Notes: generated by a model from the letters alone, not told the origin. 64,000 nt of DNA from Thermoguttaceae bacterium (GCA_051885615.1 JBJEXI010000018.1:73513-137512); one strand, 5' to 3'; positions 19,335 to 29,321 are shown, numbered from the stretch's first letter. Program-made: numbers and translations.

Positions 19335-21425
19335 TCATTGCACCTTGCAGATGAAACGGACAACGCCAAATTCTTTAGGCTCGAGAGGATCCGTAATTTC
19401 CCATCTCAACACCAAAGCGCCTTGCTCGTTAAGGGACGCTACCAGATCAGCGGAGACGGAAGATTGCGCGGTTCCGTCGACATAACGCAGACGCGGCGAC
19501 AAACTATCGAGAATCGTAACGTTTCCGATCAACTCTTCGCCGATATTTTCGAAACGCAATGTGAATTCTACGAGTTCGCCGGGGAGCGCGGCGTCTTTAT
19601 TGGCAACCTTGATGACGCGTAGCTTTGACGTTTTAGTGTCGTCTTTGATCTGATAAATGGTCGCCGGACCTTCAATATAAGCGTTAGAGAAAGCGTTGAC
19701 GAGATCCGTCGACACTGCCACGCCTTGTTCCGAGCTCCAGCCTTGAGCGGCAACGGCGCCGTCAAAAACCAAGCTCGCGTCTTCGGAGCTCAGATCGTCG
19801 ATCGTCTCGGAAGTCAACATCGCGCCGAGTCGCACCTGAGAATCGCCTTCCATAACGCCTTCAAACCCAGTCGACGCCATCGTTCCTACGGTCGTCTCGG
19901 CGCCTTCCGCCTGGAGCGAGTTATTCGCACCGAGCGGACGAACTTCCTGCGAACGTACGTCTGTCCCTTCGGCGACGGCGTCTTCCGTCGCGACGTCGGT
20001 GACATTCGCAATTTCAACTCCCTCGCGATAATCCCCCTCTACTGGACCAACTACCTGACGAACCGCTCCAAATCGAGGACTGTAGATGAAGATGCGATTG
20101 GTTGGTTCGGCGAGAATACGCCCGTCGACCGTATCAAAATGAGCGGCGGAATCTTCAACGTCAAGATTTTCTATCGACCAATCTTCACGGGAATAAAACT
20201 CGCCCTTGGAATCTCCTCCAGAAAGAACGTATTCGTCGAGTTGATTTCGTTCAACGTTCTTATCGTCCGGAGCAGAAGGATTCTCCTGAGGACGTTTGAC
20301 CCCTTCGAAGGTTTTGGCAATCGAAGGATCAATCTTGACGGGCAACTTCCGAGAAGCGTAGGAAATCGCGGCGCTGATCGCCTTAGCAACAGAACTGTCT
20401 TTCGTCGCGGCGCCGGGATTCGCCAACTTGACGTTCACATTTTCGGTTTTCATCTCGAGAGCGGAATCGTCCGTCGCGTTCCCCTCAGGTTCCTGACCGC
20501 GAACGATCGTCTCAGAAGAGAAGATAAGCTCATTAGCGGCGCTCAGTCCCATCAGTTGGTAATTCGGCGAGGAAGTCGATCCGTTACTGGAGGATCCGCC
20601 GTTATTCGGATACGTCGCCGGCGTATTCGTGGGATATACGGCGGGAACGGCGGGCGTCGAGGGCGCGTTAGACGGGTAAACCGCCGAGGTGGAATCTACG
20701 ACGGGTGCGCTCGCGTTCGGAGTAACGACGTCGGAAGCGACGGGATATTGCGCGGGAGCTTGCGCCATATACTCGACGCCAGAGGCGACGGACGCGGCGT
20801 TCGCCGTATACGCTGGATTCGGTTGAACCTGTTGGTAGGGAACGCTAGCCCCTGCGACTGGGTTAGCATACGTATTCTGCGCCTGTGCGTTTGATTGCAA
20901 GGGAGTCTGAGCGGAATACAAACCGTTCTGAGACGCGGAGACAGTCCCGGTCTGGACAGGCGCGGCGGTATAGGTCGAGGACGACGTCGTTTCAGGAATA
21001 GGCGGAGGAGTCGGTAAAGCGCGACCGGTAGCGCGCGCCTCCGAATTCTGACGATTGGCCGCCTCGGAACGGATTTCGTCAAGCGTCTTTGCGCCGGGAG
21101 GGAGCATGGTCCAATGGACGGGCAATTTAGTCGAACCGCTATGTTTGTAAACGGAACGAAGATCGCTTTGACCTTCTTCACTCCATTCGCCGGAATAGAC
21201 GTCGCGATAATACGCTTCCTCTTCCGGTGATTTAGGATCATACTTTGAATAGGGATTATCGCCTCGTCCTCTCGACGAATCAGCGCCGCCAGTCGATTGG
21301 CAACCGGCAATCGCTAGCGGACAAAGCAACGTCAAAATGAGCGTTGAGCAAAGCGCGCGCGGCGTTCGTACGCGCGACGAATTTCTCCTGCCGTAAGAAG
21401 TCAGTAAAGCGTTGGGAGACTTCAT
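19335..21425 (-). CDS. Lipoprotein with a P/A/S/T/Q-rich low-complexity region and a C-terminal DUF11 domain
   Basis: 696 aa. Lipobox LAIAGCQS. The long low-complexity middle includes ...YPSNAPSTPAVPAVYPTNTPATYPNN.... The C-terminus KVANKDAALPGELVEFTLRFENIGEELIGNVTILDSLSPRLRYV is typical of the DUF11 'conserved repeat domain'. Confidence 0.8.
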   Translation of the reverse strand: MKSPNALLTSYGRRNSSRVRTPRALCSTLILTLLCPLAIAGCQSTGGADSSRGRGDNPYSKYDPKSPEEEAYYRDVYSGEWSEEGQSDLRSVYKHSGSTKLPVHWTMLPPGAKTLDEIRSEAANRQNSEARATGRALPTPPPIPETTSSSTYTAAPVQTGTVSASQNGLYSAQTPLQSNAQAQNTYANPVAGASVPYQQVQPNPAYTANAASVASGVEYMAQAPAQYPVASDVVTPNASAPVVDSTSAVYPSNAPSTPAVPAVYPTNTPATYPNNGGSSSNGSTSSPNYQLMGLSAANELIFSSETIVRGQEPEGNATDDSALEMKTENVNVKLANPGAATKDSSVAKAISAAISYASRKLPVKIDPSIAKTFEGVKRPQENPSAPDDKNVERNQLDEYVLSGGDSKGEFYSREDWSIENLDVEDSAAHFDTVDGRILAEPTNRIFIYSPRFGAVRQVVGPVEGDYREGVEIANVTDVATEDAVAEGTDVRSQEVRPLGANNSLQAEGAETTVGTMASTGFEGVMEGDSQVRLGAMLTSETIDDLSSEDASLVFDGAVAAQGWSSEQGVAVSTDLVNAFSNAYIEGPATIYQIKDDTKTSKLRVIKVANKDAALPGELVEFTLRFENIGEELIGNVTILDSLSPRLRYVDGTAQSSVSADLVASLNEQGALVLRWEITDPLEPKEFGVVRFICKVQ

Positions 21426-21677
21426 GTGGGCGTCCTTTCAACGACGACGCTATAAAGCGTCAAAAATAGTTTTGTCTTGGAAGCGCGGTGGAGCGCTTCA
21501 AGAATTATAACATGAGCGCGCTCTTCACGCGCTATCGGTTGTATCGGCTGAAAGAGTTCATCTCTTAAAACATTTCAGAAAAATCGATACTTTTTCTCAA
21601 ACCAATACATTCCAAACAAATTAACAAAGGAACGGTAGCAAGCTCGAAAGCGTCGAGATCCCCCTTTCTTCCAAGCC

Positions 21678-22317
21678 CTAGTCGAAGCCGCCAAGCTTTG
21701 TCGCTCCTAAAATGACGAAGCGTATGGCGACAAGAAGGAGGAAAACACCTAATACGCGATTAACGCGAACCAGCCAGAAAGGATTAAAGACCCGCTTGAG
21801 CGCGGCGACAATGCAAGCGACGGATAAATTGCACGCGCAGAGCACGAGGAAAAAAGTAAACAAATACGTCGCGGCGACCCCAATCCCCCTCTTCCGTATA
21901 GTAATCGTGTATCTGAAAAGCGTTGATGGTAAAGGTGAAGATCCATAGATTGGGATTAAAGATATTCGTCGCCCAAATCGAAAAAAGGGAAAGTCTTTTT
22001 TTCGTTTGAAATTTGAAGTCGTTCTCGGCGGTTCGAAATTGCAACCACGCAACACGAAACAGAAGGGTCGCGCCTAGAAAAGCGATTACCGCCAATATGG
22101 AGTTTGGGACGTTCGCCACGATAAAAAGCGCGATGCACAGCGCAATAGGATCCGTGCAAAGAGGAATTACGGCGGCTCGCCAACTTGAGCGTATCCCATT
22201 CGCAAGAGTTTCCGTTATAATAACCGTTTGCAAGGGACCGGGAGAAACTGATCCTTGAAAACCGAAAATGGAACCTAGAACACACGCGCTCAAATAACCT
22301 GACGCTATCGAAAACAT
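21678..22317 (-). pseudogene. LysE/RhtB family amino-acid exporter interrupted by a frameshift
   Basis: The N-terminal two-thirds (ORF 21784..22317; SPGPLQTVI..., NIFNPNLWIFTF) and the C-terminal third (ORF 21678..22055; ...VAATYLFTFFLVL...NRVLGVFLLLVAIRFVILG) are LysE-like but lie in different frames. Together they span about 213 codons, the normal family length. The frames switch at short C/G homopolymer runs at 21878-21889. Confidence 0.7.
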
Positions 22318-22501
22318 ATTTCCTAACCTCTGCGTCCCTTTGACAAACCTTACGACGTCTTGAATTATAGCTTTTTTAGCGCTAAGACAAGGACGAGAGA
22401 CGCAACCTCAAGAGTCTTAAAAACTTTGAGTTATCCCCAAATAACACGGCGACGCCGAATAGAGCGTCGCCTTCATCCAACCGTTTTCCGAGGATATTCA
22501 A

Positions 22502-24919
22502 ATGAAACGTCTTACCGTCGTTCTATCTTCGTTGATCCTGATGATCGCTTCATTTGGAGGCGTCAAAGTCCAGGGAGACGAATCGTGGACAATTCCGTTA
22601 AATCCGCCGAGTTGGTCCCGCGACCAAGAAGGTTTTAACGTCAGCGTGGAAAAGTTCGCCGCAACTGGTAAAGATTCTATCCATATCGTCAATCACAACG
22701 AACATGATTGGGCGATCCGCCTTCCCGAACGCATTGCCGTCGTTCCTGGGGAGATATTTGAGCTAACCTTCACGGGGCAAAATCTTGAAAGCGCTTGTCA
22801 GCCGAGCGTGGTTCTTTACGACCAAAACAACGAAGCAGTAAGCTGGGTTTATGGGCAAATCGACGTTCGACCAACGTCGGAAATGCAAACCTTCCGCAGT
22901 AAGTTTGTCGTTCCTAAACAGGTTGCGCATATCGAACCGCGAATTGTCGGCTCAGGAGAATCGAATCTCTACGTTGACTCGTTCAAAATTGAAAGAACGG
23001 GAAAGCTTGAACTATCGGAGCTGAAGGGAACGCTTCCTGAGGAAAATGAATTCCTCCATGTCAAATTTTACATGGACTCCGCCTCGTTTGACGTGTATGA
23101 TGTGCGCTCTCAGAGATCCTGGAAACAGATCGTCTCTCCCAACGCTCCCTTGGTGTTGAACGCCGAACAGATTGAAAGAGGTTTTCTTTTCACTCTATTT
23201 GACCCTCAGAACTTCCTCGAATATACAGCGCGAATTCAACTAGCGCCCGACGCGCCGGAAATTGTCGTCGCCCTTTCCGCGCCTAAAGACTCTGAATTAA
23301 CGTCAAAAATATGCTATCCCTATCCGACGGCTACGCGCAAAACGGATCGCGTCGTCCTCCCCGTCAACGAAGGAATCTCCTTCCCCACGACAGAGAACGC
23401 GCCGGGCCTAGGGGAAATTCACACCTTCGGCGGGCACGGTCTTTGCATGGCCTTCTGGGGAGTCGTGGACGATGTGTTAGACCCCGCGAATAGCGAAGGG
23501 ATGATGACAATCGTGGAGACGCCGGACGATTCCGCCGTCTTCGTGACGAAACGCGCCGCCGCCCCTAACGCCGACGGGACTCCCGAGACCGATTCGAAAA
23601 CCCTCTCTTTCGCCCCTATTTGGCACGCCTCTAAAAAGAAGTTTGGATACGACCGCGTTCTACGATTCGTCTATTTCGATCAGGGAGGGTATGTCGCTCA
23701 ATGCAAAAGATATCAGAAATACGCTAAAGAAATCGGACTTCACGTAACTTTTGACGAAAAAATCAAAAAGAACCCGGCGCTCGCGGATGGGCTCGATCGA
23801 TTGATCGGGGCCGCCAATATTTGGTGCTGGGATTGGAATATCGACAAACTCCAAATGGTTAAAACCCTCAAGGAGATGGGATTTGACAGAATCTTGTGGA
23901 GCGCTGGCGGTTCTCCAGACGTCATTAAAGAAATGAACGCGATCGACGGCGTCCTTACCTCGCAATACGATATTTATCAGGACGTGATGGATCCCGAGAA
24001 ATATCCTCTCCTTCCCTCCGTTTCTTCCCAGTGGTTGCCCGAAGCGTGGCCGCGCGATCTCGCTTGGACCGACCCCGACGGAACCCTTATGAAGGGTTGG
24101 GAAGTCGACCAGAAAGATAGAACTCAACCGCGAATCCCTTGCGGCGTTCTGTGCGCGAAAACAGCCGTCCCATACGCGGAGAAGCAAATCGGAGAATTAC
24201 TGAAAACAACCCCTTATCTCTGTCGATTCCTCGACACAACCGTCGCTTCGCCGTGGCGTGAATGTTGGAACCCGGATCATCCGATGACGCGTACCGAATG
24301 TAAGATCGAAAGAATGAAACTCCTCGCCCTCCTTGGCGAACGTTTCAATCTCGTCTGCGGAAGCGAAACGGGAATCGACGCGTCCGTGCCTTTCTGCGAT
24401 TATTATGAAGGGATGGCGAGCCTGGGGCCGTATCGCGGACCAGAATCGGGACGTTACCTCGAAAAAATATGGGACGAAGTTCCGCCTCTCGTTGAAAAAT
24501 ATCAGGTCGGCGAAGAGTACCGACTTCCCCTCTTTGAACTGGTCTACCATGGATGCGTCGTTTCCTACTGGTACTGGGGAGATCACAATAATAAACACCC
24601 GCAAGTTTGGGAAAAACGCGATCTCTTCAACGCTCTCTACGGAATTCCGCCTATGTATGGTTTTACGACCAAATTCCTCGAAGAGAATCGCGATCGATTT
24701 ATCAAAAGCTACCAAGCGGCGGAGCCAGTTTCACGCCTAACGGGCAAAGCGGATATGGTCGACCACCAGGTTCTCACGCAGGATCGTCAAGTCCAGCGTA
24801 GCGTTTTTTCCAACGGAATTTCCGTGATCGTCAACTTTAGCGAAGCGGAGTATCACGACGAAACGACCAACGCGACAATTCCGCCCAAGACGTCCCAAAT
24901 AACGAAGACGGTCGAGTAA
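22502..24919 (+). CDS. Secreted uncharacterised glycoside-hydrolase-like protein with an N-terminal CBM-like beta-sandwich
   Basis: 805 aa with signal peptide MKRLTVVLSSLILMIASFGG. The N-terminal module ends ...LYVDSFKIERTG, which is CBM-like. The C-terminal region (FLDTTVASPW...LVCGSETGIDA...YYEGMAS...PLFELVYHG) looks like a TIM-barrel glycosidase family that I cannot name with confidence. Confidence 0.45.
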   Translation: MKRLTVVLSSLILMIASFGGVKVQGDESWTIPLNPPSWSRDQEGFNVSVEKFAATGKDSIHIVNHNEHDWAIRLPERIAVVPGEIFELTFTGQNLESACQPSVVLYDQNNEAVSWVYGQIDVRPTSEMQTFRSKFVVPKQVAHIEPRIVGSGESNLYVDSFKIERTGKLELSELKGTLPEENEFLHVKFYMDSASFDVYDVRSQRSWKQIVSPNAPLVLNAEQIERGFLFTLFDPQNFLEYTARIQLAPDAPEIVVALSAPKDSELTSKICYPYPTATRKTDRVVLPVNEGISFPTTENAPGLGEIHTFGGHGLCMAFWGVVDDVLDPANSEGMMTIVETPDDSAVFVTKRAAAPNADGTPETDSKTLSFAPIWHASKKKFGYDRVLRFVYFDQGGYVAQCKRYQKYAKEIGLHVTFDEKIKKNPALADGLDRLIGAANIWCWDWNIDKLQMVKTLKEMGFDRILWSAGGSPDVIKEMNAIDGVLTSQYDIYQDVMDPEKYPLLPSVSSQWLPEAWPRDLAWTDPDGTLMKGWEVDQKDRTQPRIPCGVLCAKTAVPYAEKQIGELLKTTPYLCRFLDTTVASPWRECWNPDHPMTRTECKIERMKLLALLGERFNLVCGSETGIDASVPFCDYYEGMASLGPYRGPESGRYLEKIWDEVPPLVEKYQVGEEYRLPLFELVYHGCVVSYWYWGDHNNKHPQVWEKRDLFNALYGIPPMYGFTTKFLEENRDRFIKSYQAAEPVSRLTGKADMVDHQVLTQDRQVQRSVFSNGISVIVNFSEAEYHDETTNATIPPKTSQITKTVE

Positions 24920-24935
24920 TCGTCGTTAAAAACGA

Positions 24936-24968
24936 GGGACGACGTCTCCTGACGCGTCCCTTTTCTTT
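24936..24968 (+). terminator. Probable terminator between convergent genes
   Basis: GGGACG (24936-24941) pairs with CGTCCC (24955-24960), followed by TTTTCTTTTT. Confidence 0.45.
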
Positions 24969-25631
24969 TTACTTGTCTGAATCAAAGACCAAACTCAATC
25001 TATCGCGAGTTAATCCCCGATCGTCGGCAAGGTAGAAATAACGGGCGACGATCGATCGATACGGCGACCATTTCTTAGAGCGTTCGAGAATCGCGCCGCG
25101 TGAAGCGTCCTCCGTTTCATACAACCACTTGAAGGTGTGGACAAAAACTCGATCCGTCGGAACCAAGACGTCTTGTCGATCAAGGACGAATATCAAATAC
25201 ATCGCAGCCGTCCACTCGCCTACTCCGTGTAGCGAGAGGAGCTTTTCTCGCGCGCTCGCGTCGTTCAACGTTCGCAACTCCGCAAAGTCAAACAACCCCG
25301 CTTCAATCGATTCGTTGAGCATACGTATGTAAGTAATTTTTGGGCGCGATAGTCCGACGTCCCGTAAATTGGAGTCGTCGAGCCCGTCAATAGCCTCGCG
25401 CGTTATCCGTCCGTCGCACGCTTGGACTAAACGTCCCCCGATTTTTAGAGCCGCTTGGTTAGAAATCATCTGCCCGACAATTTGCCAAACGAGAAACTCA
25501 TAGTCATCCAAATAAACGTCGTAGGCAAGAGCGCCCAAACGGGAAATCAACGCCGCGATCCTTTCGTCGCAGGTTCGTAAATATTGAAGCGCCTTTGAAG
25601 AATCGTCAAGATATACTGTTCGAGTTCTCAT
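24969..25631 (-). CDS. DNA-3-methyladenine glycosylase II family (AlkA-like, HhH-GPD) protein
   Basis: The helix-hairpin-helix segment LSLHGVGEWTAAMYLIFVLDRQDVLVPTD is present. I prefer the start at ATG 25631 (MRTRTVYLDD), 4 nt after the wecB stop, over 25694, which would overlap wecB by 59 nt. Confidence 0.75.
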   Translation of the reverse strand: MRTRTVYLDDSSKALQYLRTCDERIAALISRLGALAYDVYLDDYEFLVWQIVGQMISNQAALKIGGRLVQACDGRITREAIDGLDDSNLRDVGLSRPKITYIRMLNESIEAGLFDFAELRTLNDASAREKLLSLHGVGEWTAAMYLIFVLDRQDVLVPTDRVFVHTFKWLYETEDASRGAILERSKKWSPYRSIVARYFYLADDRGLTRDRLSLVFDSDK

Positions 25632-25635
25632 CGCT

Positions 25636-26781
25636 CTATCTCTGTCCTCTCCCCTCGTACGCAGATTGTTTGTGCCATACGAAACGATTGACATACGGCG
25701 TGTAGTCCATGATTATCTGCAAAACCTTTTCAGAAATTTCGCGTCCCGAAAAATCATAGGCGCGTCCCTCATAAAAACCGCTAGCAATCCGATGGCGAAT
25801 TATCTTTAAGGCGTCGGTAACGCGACTCCATTCGACGCCCGTCATGATCGCTCCGCCAACGTCGCTGATCTCCGTGCGCTCGCGAGTATTGCGCAAATTG
25901 ATCGCCGGAAAGTTGAGAAACGTCGACTCTTCGTCAATTGAACCGCTATCGGAGAGAACGGCGTAAGAAGAACTTTGAAGGGCGTTATAGTCGTAAAAAC
26001 CAAGGGGACGAATCAACTGAATCTCGGGCGCTAGCGTTTCGCAACTCGCCTCCAAGCGTTTCCGCGTTCGCGGATGAACGGAAAAAATAACCCGTTTCTT
26101 CTCGTATGAGACCAAATTATTCAACGTTAAAATAAGGTTGTGAAGTTGAACGGGATCGTCGACGTTTTCTTCCCGGTGCGAACTCACGACAAAATATTCC
26201 TTCTCGCGCAAAGAAAGGCGTTTGAGAACGTCGGATTTCTCGATATTATTCAGGTAATGTCCAAAGACCTCCGCCGTGGGACTGTCTATTTTAAAGACGC
26301 GGTCGATAGGAAATCCTTCCTTCTGTAGATTGGCGACGGCAATGGAGCTGCAAGGAAGGTTAATATCGGCGATTGAATCGACAAGTCGACGGTTGATTTC
26401 TTCGGGAACCCTTTGATCGTACGCTCTTTTTCCTGCGTCCACGTGAAAGATTGGAATCTTGCGCCGTTTAGCCGCATAGGCCGCCAGGCTGCTGTTGGAA
26501 TCCCCTAAAACAAGCGTCGCGTCCGGCTGTTCTTGGGCGTAAACCTCGTCCATCTTGTCGATTATAGCCGCGACCGTTCGCGCGGGGGTGGACGCAGCGG
26601 CGTTTAGAAAATAGTCCGGTTTTCTCAATCCGAGGTCGTCAAAAAAGATCTGGCTTAACTCGTAATCATAATTTTGCCCGGTATGGACAACCACGTGTTC
26701 CACATAATCGTCGAGAGTTAGAAGTATTCGTGAAAGGCGGATAATCTCTGGACGAGTTCCAACCACAGTCAACACCTTCAT
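25636..26781 (-). CDS. wecB: UDP-N-acetylglucosamine 2-epimerase (non-hydrolysing)
   Basis: The N-terminus MKVLTVVGTRPEIIRLS and the overall length and layout fit the epimerase_2 family. I prefer the ATG at 26781, with GAGG upstream, over the GTG at 26787. Confidence 0.88.
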   Translation of the reverse strand: MKVLTVVGTRPEIIRLSRILLTLDDYVEHVVVHTGQNYDYELSQIFFDDLGLRKPDYFLNAAASTPARTVAAIIDKMDEVYAQEQPDATLVLGDSNSSLAAYAAKRRKIPIFHVDAGKRAYDQRVPEEINRRLVDSIADINLPCSSIAVANLQKEGFPIDRVFKIDSPTAEVFGHYLNNIEKSDVLKRLSLREKEYFVVSSHREENVDDPVQLHNLILTLNNLVSYEKKRVIFSVHPRTRKRLEASCETLAPEIQLIRPLGFYDYNALQSSSYAVLSDSGSIDEESTFLNFPAINLRNTRERTEISDVGGAIMTGVEWSRVTDALKIIRHRIASGFYEGRAYDFSGREISEKVLQIIMDYTPYVNRFVWHKQSAYEGRGQR

Positions 26782-27025
26782 AACCACCTCGCAAACTAAA
26801 ACGCTCGTGAAAACAAGCCTCTATCCAACGTGAAAAAGGCGGAGTCGCACAACGCCGCATATCCCTAAGTCGGCTATTTTCGAGTCGCGCTTTGAATATT
26901 ATTTATTTTCAAAGAAAGCCTCAAAAAAGAAGCAGACTTTGCCGATTATACAGGATGATTCCATTGTAGCGGGTCAGTGTCAAACGACGAAACTTTCATA
27001 AAGATTTGTATTTTTGGGGAAAGAA

Positions 27026-28018
27026 ATGGCAGACGAACGGGTAGAACAAAACAAGGTTGCGCCGTCCGATCTTTCCCCCAATAAGGCGCCCCTTTCAACG
27101 TATCTTCAGTATCCGACGTCGACCGACGCCCAAGAGGGTTGGGTCGTCCTCGCCGAAAATGGCGACGGTCGTCCGGAGCGAACTGCCAATCTCTCCGTAC
27201 TCAAGCAGATAAAGAATTTTCTCAATTCGTCGCCAGCCCCGGCGCCTCAGGAATCAATGGAATCAACGCGGGTTGATTATCCGTTTTATGACGCGGACTC
27301 CGAGAGCTCTTCGCCAATGAAAGCGTCTCCTCTGAACGTCCCCGCGTCTCCTCTGAACGTCGACGCTGAAAATCATACGGAGCCGTACGCGGTCAAGACG
27401 GAAGAGATCGAACCTGAAAAGGTTGAGCCCGTCGCTATAGCGGCAGTTCCTTTCGACTCTAAGGAATCGTCCCCAATCGAAATGGAGGAAGAGGCTCAAG
27501 ATTCAGAAGAAACGTCGGCGACGGAAACGGTCGAAGTCTACGCGGAAGAACGCGCTTCAGACGAACCGCAAGAAACGCCGCTGAAATCGGAGCCTACGTC
27601 CACATGCGTTATCGACGCCAACGAATTCGTGGATTTTGAATCGATCCCTGCTACGCCCCCCGTCGTTGAAATCGTCGCCAAAAATTACGGCGCAGAGAAA
27701 ACCAACCGACGGCAATCTGGCGAAAAAAGACTCCGCGACGCCCTTCTCCCAGAGCCTCGACAGGAGGAAAGACGCCCCGCGTTTGACTCGTCCGTTTCGA
27801 AAAAAATGCCTATTTTCAAAAAATTTGTCGATCTTATGGGGGCTCGCAATCTAATAAATAGAGAACCTAGCGAAGAGCCCCTCCCCCCGCCTTCCTTATT
27901 GGAAGAAAACGGCGTATCCGTCGAGCTGGTACTCCCCCCAACTCCGCTTGAAACCGACTCGCCAGATTTATTTGTCGACGCCCTAATACTTGGAAGCAGC
28001 GACGTTCAAACGTCCTAA
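27026..28018 (+). CDS. Acidic, proline/serine/glutamate-rich hypothetical protein (probably disordered)
   Basis: A long open frame with no recognisable domain. It contains a 21-nt tandem duplication (27323-27340 / 27344-27361) encoding ASPLNVP/ASPLNVD. Its 3' end overlaps the longest ORF of the following transferase gene. Confidence 0.55.
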   Translation: MADERVEQNKVAPSDLSPNKAPLSTYLQYPTSTDAQEGWVVLAENGDGRPERTANLSVLKQIKNFLNSSPAPAPQESMESTRVDYPFYDADSESSSPMKASPLNVPASPLNVDAENHTEPYAVKTEEIEPEKVEPVAIAAVPFDSKESSPIEMEEEAQDSEETSATETVEVYAEERASDEPQETPLKSEPTSTCVIDANEFVDFESIPATPPVVEIVAKNYGAEKTNRRQSGEKRLRDALLPEPRQEERRPAFDSSVSKKMPIFKKFVDLMGARNLINREPSEEPLPPPSLLEENGVSVELVLPPTPLETDSPDLFVDALILGSSDVQTS

Positions 28019-28055
28019 ATTACAAAGATCAATATTCGTACCTCACGTTAGCGAA

Positions 28056-29297
28056 ATGGAAAAGATTATTCTTGTTGCGCTCCTCTTTGTCATTCCGTAC
28101 GCCGTCAGTTTAGGAACTTGTTTGTTCGTAAAACGATACGGACCGACTATTGGATTGATAGACAAACCCGGCTTTCGAAAAATCCATTCGCATCCGATTC
28201 CAACGGGGGGAGGACTTGGTATCTGCGCGGGGGTCGTTATTCCTCTTCTCCTTCTATCGTTGTGCGCGCTGTATCTTGGCCATTCAAGCGGTTCGCAAAC
28301 GCTCCTAAACGCGATTCCGTCGCTCCTTGCGGAACATTTTCAGGGCTTTTTGACGCGCCTTCCTCAGCTCTGGGCGCTCTTGGGGCTTGCGTTAATCCTT
28401 GCCGTCCTTGGAACGCTTGACGATCGTTTTTCGCTCCCTTGGAAATTGCGATTAGGCGTTGAATTTCTGGTTGCGGCGGTCGCGGTCTCCGCTGGATGGC
28501 GCGCGACCCTCTTCATCGATTTACCAGTCGTCACATGGATTCTGAGCGTCATATGGATCGTCATGCTCGTCAACTCTTTCAATATGCTTGACAACATGGA
28601 CGCCCTCTCTGGAGGAGTCTCGACGATTTGTTCTCTCTTCCTCGCCGTCGTCGCCGTCGCCTTTGCGCCCAATCCGGAGTCGGGAGAACCTCAATATTTT
28701 TTGGCGGCTTTTCTCGTTCTTCTTTCAGGGGCCATATGCGGCTTTCTCCACCTCAATCGACCGCCGGCGAAGATGTTTATGGGCGACGGCGGAGCCTATT
28801 TTATCGGCTTCCTTCTCGGCGTTACGACGCTTTCGATGACCTTCGTCGGCGAATCGACCCCTAAGAACGCGATCTTCGTTCCCTTCATTATCCTTGCGAC
28901 TCCACTCTACGACACTGTAAGCGTCGTTTTGATCCGGCTAAAACATGGCGCCAGTCCTTTCGTCGGTGACAAGAATCACTACTCTCATCGTCTCGTGGCT
29001 CTTGGTCTTTCGCGAGGACAGGCCGTGGCGACGATTTACTTGACTACCGCGATTTGCGCAACAGGAGCGTTCTTTTTATACCAAGTGAATTTTATCACTT
29101 CCATCGTCGTTCTCGGACAAACTGGACTCATTCTTCTACTCGTGGCAATATTGGAATTCGCCGCGCGTAACAAAATTCGACAAGAGGAGAAGGCGCTTGA
29201 ACGTTTAGAAAAAAAGCAAGAATCCTTCCCCCTTTCAGTTTCAGTCGAAACGGAGAAAATTGATTCAGAAAATTCGGAGGAGACAATAAAAGGTTAA
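28056..29297 (+). CDS. Glycosyltransferase family 4 polyprenyl-phosphate N-acetylhexosamine-1-phosphate transferase (WecA/MraY-like)
   Basis: A polytopic membrane protein. The motifs LGTLDDRFSL, NSFNMLDNMDALSGG and FMGDGGAYFIG are typical of the MraY/WecA superfamily. I prefer the start at ATG 28056 (MEKIILVALLF). Confidence 0.85.
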   Translation: MEKIILVALLFVIPYAVSLGTCLFVKRYGPTIGLIDKPGFRKIHSHPIPTGGGLGICAGVVIPLLLLSLCALYLGHSSGSQTLLNAIPSLLAEHFQGFLTRLPQLWALLGLALILAVLGTLDDRFSLPWKLRLGVEFLVAAVAVSAGWRATLFIDLPVVTWILSVIWIVMLVNSFNMLDNMDALSGGVSTICSLFLAVVAVAFAPNPESGEPQYFLAAFLVLLSGAICGFLHLNRPPAKMFMGDGGAYFIGFLLGVTTLSMTFVGESTPKNAIFVPFIILATPLYDTVSVVLIRLKHGASPFVGDKNHYSHRLVALGLSRGQAVATIYLTTAICATGAFFLYQVNFITSIVVLGQTGLILLLVAILEFAARNKIRQEEKALERLEKKQESFPLSVSVETEKIDSENSEETIKG

Positions 29298-29321
29298 TGG
29301 AGCAAAATTGGCTCTTACCCC

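Noticed and set aside
19725-20894. 389-aa ORF on the plus strand, antisense to the DUF11 lipoprotein gene
   Set aside because: The translation is arginine- and glycine-rich with no motifs. It lies entirely inside a much better-supported gene that has a lipobox and a DUF11 domain. This is a typical shadow ORF over a low-complexity coding region.
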